Part shown: one piece after another, positions 61,643-64,000 of the stretch
Layout: the number at the start of each line of letters is the position of its first letter
Position numbering within the stretch: position 1 is the first letter of the stretch
Origin: Malacoraja senta
Lineage: Eukaryota
Assembly (NCBI GenBank): GCA_038087875.1
Contig: CM075991.1
Coordinates: 9,674,001-9,738,000, forward strand
Direction of reading: 5' to 3'
Length of the DNA stretch: 64,000 nucleotides
Made by a program: the position numbers and the translations under genes
The notes under the pieces: generated by a model
What the model was told of the DNA's origin: nothing
Seen by the model: only the letters and a program-made list of their open reading frames with translations
The model's database searches: none

Positions 61643-62575
61643 ATCTACCCTAGTTTGTGCAATCAATAACTTTTTGTTTCCTCTGTCGAAAAGGTCCCTC
61701 TGCTGCAATGTCAACGAAGACTGACAACGACAGCTGGTTATTTATAGCCGCTTAACTTGAGGCACTCCAGGCCACGTCACTACATTTACACAGAAGCACT
61801 TTCACAATTGCCATATCACATTTCAAATTTGCATTTACAATGCTGTTCACAGCTCAACATTACAACCAAGCTTCGATTATCTTTGTGTTAATTGGAATCC
61901 AGCAATCAGACATATGTATCCCACAAATCTTCCATCAAAGTAACAATCTGCAGTCAAGGAATAAGGTCACAATCATACTTTTTTTGAGGGTTTGTCATTG
62001 TTGAATAGCAGGAATGTCCAATCAGCTGATTGTCAAACCTACAATCGTAATCCCTGACCATTGAGTACTTAAGCGTCGATTAGGTTCACACCAAGTTCAA
62101 AACCTCATTACAGTGCAATACTTAGTTTGAGAAGCTTATCAGGCTACTAGCAGAGCAGATTGAATGGCTGCCACACAACAGCCACTTTCCAAATAAAACG
62201 TCACCATCATGCAAAGACTGATGATCCAATAAGAAACATTTACAAGCTTTATTCATGCCTACTCCCCTGTGAGATATGCATTTTGGAGAACTGCGGTCAT
62301 CAGTCACATTCAACAGGCTCCTCCAATAAACCGCCAATTACTAAGCATCCAGATAGATAACAGAAGGCGCCAATATTTGCTCAGTGTGACTGCTAAACCA
62401 GAGGCAGGTTAAAACTATCCCCCTCGAAGTTTTTTGTTTAAACATAAAACTAGCATGTCTTATTCATTTTCCCTTTCCCATGAACACACCCACGCACATT
62501 TAAAAAAAATTAACTGTTCATTGAATCTGAGAAAAACTGTTTTACCCCCAAGTCCAGAAATAGAGTTTGAAGTAA

Positions 62576-62779
62576 AGGGTCTGTCCCACCTGGCCGTCAT
62601 TTGCGCGTAATTTACGTGACATCATTTACGCGTCACGACGCACGTGATGCGCGCATGGTGCGTGGTGACATAGGCAGTGACGCGCGGTCGCGCGCGCCCC
62701 CACCAGGATTTTGGAATGTACAAAATCTTCGCACGCCATCTGCGGGACGCACAAATGACGGCCAAGTGGGACAGGCCCT
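62576..62779. mobile_element. PIF/Harbinger-type MITE
   Basis: ~33-bp TIR AGGGTCTGTCCCACCTGGCCGTCATTTG...; TSD TAA on both sides. Confidence 0.8.
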
Positions 62780-63033
62780 TAAGGATCCTCAATTGTTGGT
62801 ACTTCCAGCTGGTGATGAGTGTTGTGTGCACTAGATGGCTCAGTGTAATATTAACACTACAGACTGCATCGCTTGCCAATCATGTCCCCATTGCTCCTAA
62901 ACGTGGAAATCTCACTTATTGCAAACACACAAAGGCAAATGACCTAAAACAGAATCCCTTTACATAGTACAATGTGTCATGCCAAAATGTTTAATATTTT
63001 TACAGAATTAGGAATTTTATAAATGTTGTAAAG

Positions 63034-63418
63034 CAAAGATCCTATAGCGAGCAAGATAGACCACTCGATGAAAAAAACATAGTACAGTCATGGGCAGATT
63101 TATGGGTAATTTTCGGCCCCATTTCCGTAACCGGCTTCCGTCTCCACACCCAAGATCCCATAGGATAATAGTGCGGAGACGGAAGCCGGTTACGGAAACA
63201 TCCTCATAAAAATAAAAGTTATTTGGTAAAAATCTTCTCCTTATTTTCAGAACCATAATTTTTTTAACACAAACTGTTCCCCCGCAACGTTGATTACACT
63301 GCGAGTCGGGTTACTGAAATGGATGAAAAAAAGGCCCACGTTCTGCTCCGTTGCGTACTACACGTCAGCCCATTGCATTTAGAAGGAGTGGTCTATCTTG
63401 TTTGCTATAGGATCTTAT
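63034..63418. mobile_element. Unclassified non-autonomous DNA transposon with ~31-bp TIRs
   Basis: AAGATCCTATAGCGAGCAAGATAGACCACTC ... GAGTGGTCTATCTTGTTTGCTATAGGATCTT. Confidence 0.7.
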
Positions 63419-64000
63419 GCAAATGTTATACAAGTGGTATCTAAAAATGACTAAGAATGGAGATAGACATAAAATGCTGGAATAACTCAATGGGTGACAT
63501 CACCTATTCCTTCTCTCCGGTGATGCTGCCTGTCCCGTTGAGTTCCTCCAGCACTTTGTGTCTATCTTCCATGTAAACCAGCACCTGCAGTTCCTTTCAA
63601 CACATTACTAACAATGGCGTCAGGCAGATTCCCAACCTTCCCTAGAACAGATCCCCACATCACATTACCATCAACTGTAGTCCCCACGTCTCCATTTCTC
63701 CCACATGGCCACCAACCCCAACCCCCGAGCACAACCCCAGATACCAAGCCAATGTCCCAAATTGTAAAGCTCCTCAATCCTCTTTCGCCAATATCAAAGC
63801 GTGTCCACCACCCTGACTAGTGGCCTTAAACCAGATTAATTCCTTGCACCCGATCTGCAGCCCAATATACAGGCAAATGTGTCCATAGGGATACCAAATT
63901 TTAGGAAAAGGTCCACCAGAAAATCCCAATTAAATACAAAATTCTCAGGTTGTACAGCATCTATGGAATGAGAAACAGAGGGACTTCTTCGTTAAAGATC

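Noticed and set aside
63600..63900. Possible very old L1-like fragment on the minus strand
   Set aside because: Only compositional hints, with no convincing peptide motif.
47778..64000. PPP2R2A exons 1-2
   Set aside because: No sequence encoding the expected QWCFSQVKG segment was found; presumably outside the window.

Overview
Vertebrate nuclear DNA, very likely a cartilaginous fish (skate or ray), inferred from abundant HE1/V-SINE and HER1/CR1-type repeats. Two intron-containing genes lie in tandem on the minus strand. PPP2R2A (PP2A B55-alpha) has exons 3-10 at 47777->36191; exons 1-2 were not found and presumably lie beyond 64000, and one intron is U12-type. BNIP3L/NIX is complete, with 6 coding exons at 23635->5750 (209 aa), a CpG-island promoter and a putative ~2.9-kb 3'UTR. 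Introns and intergenic DNA are rich in transposable elements: a full-length two-ORF L1 with a 13-bp TSD and a structured 1.2-kb inter-ORF spacer, a 5'-truncated L2 with an open RT frame, Crack-, RTE-, Rex1- and CR1-type fragments, three PIF/Harbinger-type MITEs, and about 19 copies of a short TSD-flanked, often fold-back retro-repeat that carries a minimal hammerhead-ribozyme motif. All calls were made by eye; repeat family names need database confirmation.
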